A stretch of 63,416 bases of DNA, the filler included, from Aduncisulcus paluster (Eukaryota): assembly GCA_024181965.1 (NCBI GenBank). It is 10 parts of 10 records of this genome, joined end to end, with 100 filler letters (N's around TTAATTAATTAA, not from the genome) between each part and the next. Parts side by side here need not be neighbours in the genome. Positions count along the whole stretch, not along the records: positions 56,437 to 63,416 come from BQXS01011854.1; 9 more parts are not named here. One strand, given 5' to 3'. The notes beneath the pieces were generated by a model. The model ran no database searches. It was given only the letters and a program-made list of their open reading frames with translations, and was not told where the DNA came from. Position 1 is the first letter of the stretch; every line of letters begins with the position of its first letter. This document shows, in pieces, positions 60,510-63,416 of this stretch. The translations under genes and the position numbers were made by a program.

Positions 60510-61922
60510 ATGAGTCTTTCTGATTTTCTAAAAAAAGTTCCAGGGGTAATATTTTGTGACTCGTCAAAAAGCTCATATCTTAATAATTCAAGTTGTAAAC
60601 CATGTTTACATCTCATTGTTCTATTTGCTCATTCTAAAATCAAGGCTTATGCCTCAAGTGTATCAAGACATATCATTAACCACGGAATTGATGTATTTCT
60701 ACATGAGCAATATGAAGGGGTTGTTATACGACCTCCAACACTCCCTCAAATTATTCAAGAAAGTATATGCCAATTTGTTGCTGTAATTGGAGATAAAAAT
60801 ATGAGAAATAATTGTCTTTCTGCTCGTATTGACGGAAGACTTCGCGAATTGGCTGTCGATGAATATATTAAGCACGTTTTTTCTGTTTGGTCTTTCAATC
60901 ATTCTGTTGCCACTGGGGAACACAGTTTTGTAACAGATAGTTCTTTGTTTTCATATTCTACAGTTGATTTTAGTTGTATTTTTCTAAAATTTTTAAAAAT
61001 TAGTTCTATTGATACTCGATTTCAAACGATTCAATCAAAGGCCAGTAGATTGAAGGATATCAGGCAAATACAGCTATCTCATGATAAAGAATCCGCTAAA
61101 TCCACATCATCATCTGAAATTGAATATTTAAGGGTGTTTTTAAGTGACGCTGTTGAATCATTCACGAATGATATTAGCATGGGTCAAGGAAGGCTTCAAC
61201 AACTTCCAGCTTCAGTATTTACAATCAACAATATACCTCAAGGAGTTTTATTTACTTCTTCGCCCCTCTTTGGAAGCTGCTGTATATCAGATATCTTCCG
61301 ACGTGTCTGTAATTGTGTTTTAAATTGGTATTCATCTGAAGTGAAAGAGATTGTCCGTGGATGTATTATCAAAAATACAACCACTATTGCCTCTTCTTCA
61401 TTTCCATTAGCACTTCCTTCCAACGTTGTGGAAGATGGAAGTGTCCTTGCAAGATATCTTCAAGATACACAAAAAATATTCCATGAATTTGCTGGAAGCG
61501 ACCCTTCTTTTTTGTGTGTCCTTCCATCCTTTTTTGATTATATGTCTTCTTTGTGTAAGGGTGTAATCAAAAAAGCTGGCCTTAAACCTCAGTCAATTCC
61601 ACTATATTTCCCGCAACATCCGTCGACTTCTGATGAAGAAGGTGGATCCTCCCCGAAAAAAGAAGAGGAATCACCTGTAGATTCATTTCCAACTACATCA
61701 AGTACAGCATCTCTTCTCTCCACCCAACCTCTCCCTCTATCCTCTCCTTTGTCTCCCTTAGGATCTTTTCCTTCATTCCTGCCTTCACATTTTCATATCG
61801 AAGAAGAAGAAGACGACATGTTCCCAAGGCCTGCATCGACCGGTGATATTGCCGCTCTCCAAAGCATGGCTCATCAACAACAGGACACCCCATATTTTGC
61901 ATCTCGTTTTAAATTCTTTTAA
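60510..61922 (+). CDS. Protein with an N-terminal class II aaRS anticodon-binding (HGTP/NCOA5-like) domain
   Basis: LIVLF...KAYASSVSRHIINHGIDVFL...QFVAVIGDKNMRNNCLSARI...ELAVDEYIKHV follows the HGTP anticodon-binding pattern. Confidence 0.6.
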   Translation: MSLSDFLKKVPGVIFCDSSKSSYLNNSSCKPCLHLIVLFAHSKIKAYASSVSRHIINHGIDVFLHEQYEGVVIRPPTLPQIIQESICQFVAVIGDKNMRNNCLSARIDGRLRELAVDEYIKHVFSVWSFNHSVATGEHSFVTDSSLFSYSTVDFSCIFLKFLKISSIDTRFQTIQSKASRLKDIRQIQLSHDKESAKSTSSSEIEYLRVFLSDAVESFTNDISMGQGRLQQLPASVFTINNIPQGVLFTSSPLFGSCCISDIFRRVCNCVLNWYSSEVKEIVRGCIIKNTTTIASSSFPLALPSNVVEDGSVLARYLQDTQKIFHEFAGSDPSFLCVLPSFFDYMSSLCKGVIKKAGLKPQSIPLYFPQHPSTSDEEGGSSPKKEEESPVDSFPTTSSTASLLSTQPLPLSSPLSPLGSFPSFLPSHFHIEEEEDDMFPRPASTGDIAALQSMAHQQQDTPYFASRFKFF

Positions 61923-62377
61923 AGCGCTAGAATCGCCAATTCTCGAAGTTTTTGTGCATTATTCATATAAATTTTTCTTTCTTTTTTCTTTTTCTGAATT
62001 AATCTAATTACTATTATGATAATAGTTAATATACCTTCCAATTCCATTTATTTCTGATCCACAAGGATTATTATTTAGGATTCTCTTGTTCCAATCACGT
62101 TTTGTGATATCCACTCCAAATTTTCAGTATTTCTGTTATTTTGGAGGAATATGTCGTAATTTAGCGAACAATAAATTTATACTGTTCATTTAACAACATA
62201 TCCAACAATAAATTTGAAAAAAATTCTTTAAAATATCATAATCACTTACGCTAATGTCTGAATTTACTGGACCGCCTCCTTCCAATTAGTAGGGTGAACA
62301 AATCTCCTACCATTGGTATTAACGGAAGTTTTAAGTAAGAACTTACTTCTCAAAAGCATATCACCTCAAAATTATCC

Positions 62378-63028
62378 TTAATAAATCCTGTGAACGGCTC
62401 CTTGGGTGGACTTGATGTTAAGAGATTTAACATTTTGCCAACCCTTCTTCAACAAAGAAACAAGGAAGTTGATGGAAAGAACAATGTTCTTTCTGATCTG
62501 CTCGTCAGTCATCTTGACATTACCAACAGCGACACCGAGACACATCTGACGCTTAAGTTGGAATTTAACAATAGATTGGACTTCAGAAACCTTAGCAGCG
62601 AGATCCTCACCAGTCTTAACGGCAACAGGGGCCTTACCAGCCTTGATCAAGGCAGAACCGAGGTAACGAACAGTCTTCTTAACAACGGAATCAGTAGCAA
62701 GGAAGGAAGCGTAAGGCTTGTGGAATTTCTTGATCATCTTACGCTTCTTCTTGAAACCAGCAAGAGCTTCAAGGTTGGTGTGAGGAACACCAAGCTTCTC
62801 AGCCTCTTCACAGTGAGCATGGTTTCCGATAACACAAACCTTCAAATTGGGACGAGGGTTGAAGGGAAGAACAATAGATCCACTGAAACGCTTGTCCTTA
62901 GCAAGGTTGTAGTTCTTAAGACCAATCTGGAGATCGATTGTTTCAACGAAAGGACGTCTCTTGTGGTAGCTCTCCTTAAGGATAGCACGGATAGCTTTGT
63001 TCAAAGTGGCGGTTGGAATCTTAGACAT
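62378..63028 (-). CDS. RPL10A: 60S ribosomal protein L10a (uL1)
   Basis: KRRPFVETIDLQIGLKNY...KDKRFSG...VKFQLK...LGVAVGNV...NFLVSLLKKGWQNVKSLNIKST; 216 aa. Confidence 0.98.
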   Translation of the reverse strand: MSKIPTATLNKAIRAILKESYHKRRPFVETIDLQIGLKNYNLAKDKRFSGSIVLPFNPRPNLKVCVIGNHAHCEEAEKLGVPHTNLEALAGFKKKRKMIKKFHKPYASFLATDSVVKKTVRYLGSALIKAGKAPVAVKTGEDLAAKVSEVQSIVKFQLKRQMCLGVAVGNVKMTDEQIRKNIVLSINFLVSLLKKGWQNVKSLNIKSTQGAVHRIY

Positions 63029-63416
63029 ATTTCGTTCAGACAGCGACAGAAAGAAATACTGTAAAAATCAAAGGATTGTCTCATGTTCTATTTTTGGATC
63101 TTTTCATAAAAAATGGAAATAAAAATTATTTCAATATGTGAACCACAGTTCATGCATTTTATATCCTTATGAAACTCAAACTAGCAACCAACAAATGCCA
63201 TCAGGGAAATCCTTCCGAGCTAGATCACAATTTTAGGAACCTCTTCGGTTTTGTCCTAGATTCTTTTTTTTTCACCAATAATATTTCCTTGTTTTTCATT
63301 CATTACTATTTTTCTCAATTGTATTTGGTGTAATAACAAATGAAACAACAAATTTCTCATTCGCCTCATAATCCAACCCCTGATCTAAAAGAAAGACTTT
63401 TTGAAATATTTCCCTG

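Noticed and set aside
590..61902. Numerous short overlapping or antisense ORFs in the track
   Set aside because: They overlap longer motif-bearing genes and reflect low-complexity GA/CT-rich sequence.

Overview
This window is eukaryotic DNA and is not one contiguous locus. It is about ten unrelated draft scaffolds joined by an artificial 100-nt linker (N44-TTAATTAATTAA-N44), so adjacency across a linker means nothing. The genome is AT-rich and gene-dense, uses the standard code, and has a few short GT-AG introns. Gene content suggests a free-living fornicate/metamonad protist; the repeat families resemble those I recall from Aduncisulcus paluster, which is inference and was not searched. Recognisable genes are enolase (partial), a divergent Rab (partial), D-aminoacyl-tRNA deacylase, an MSH6-like MutS C-terminus, ribosomal protein uL1/L10a, a kelch protein, tRNA-Asp(GTC), three internalin-like LRR + EGF surface proteins, a large Pmp-like multi-TM protein and several coiled-coil orphans. 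The most interesting signals are: (1) a DIRS/Crypton-type tyrosine recombinase domain between a degenerate tRNA-like Pol III unit and an intact tRNA-Asp; (2) a small ORF carrying only the C-terminal restriction-like endonuclease tail of a CRE/SLACS-type retrotransposon; (3) a pseudokinase fused to a catalytically dead tankyrase-like PARP domain; (4) 11 exact copies of the MEF2-type motif CTAAAAATAG, several in close pairs; (5) a cluster of +1 frameshifts, mostly in GAA/TCT tracts and probably assembly error. Four 20-N gaps with duplicated flanks and two local mis-assemblies split genes artificially.
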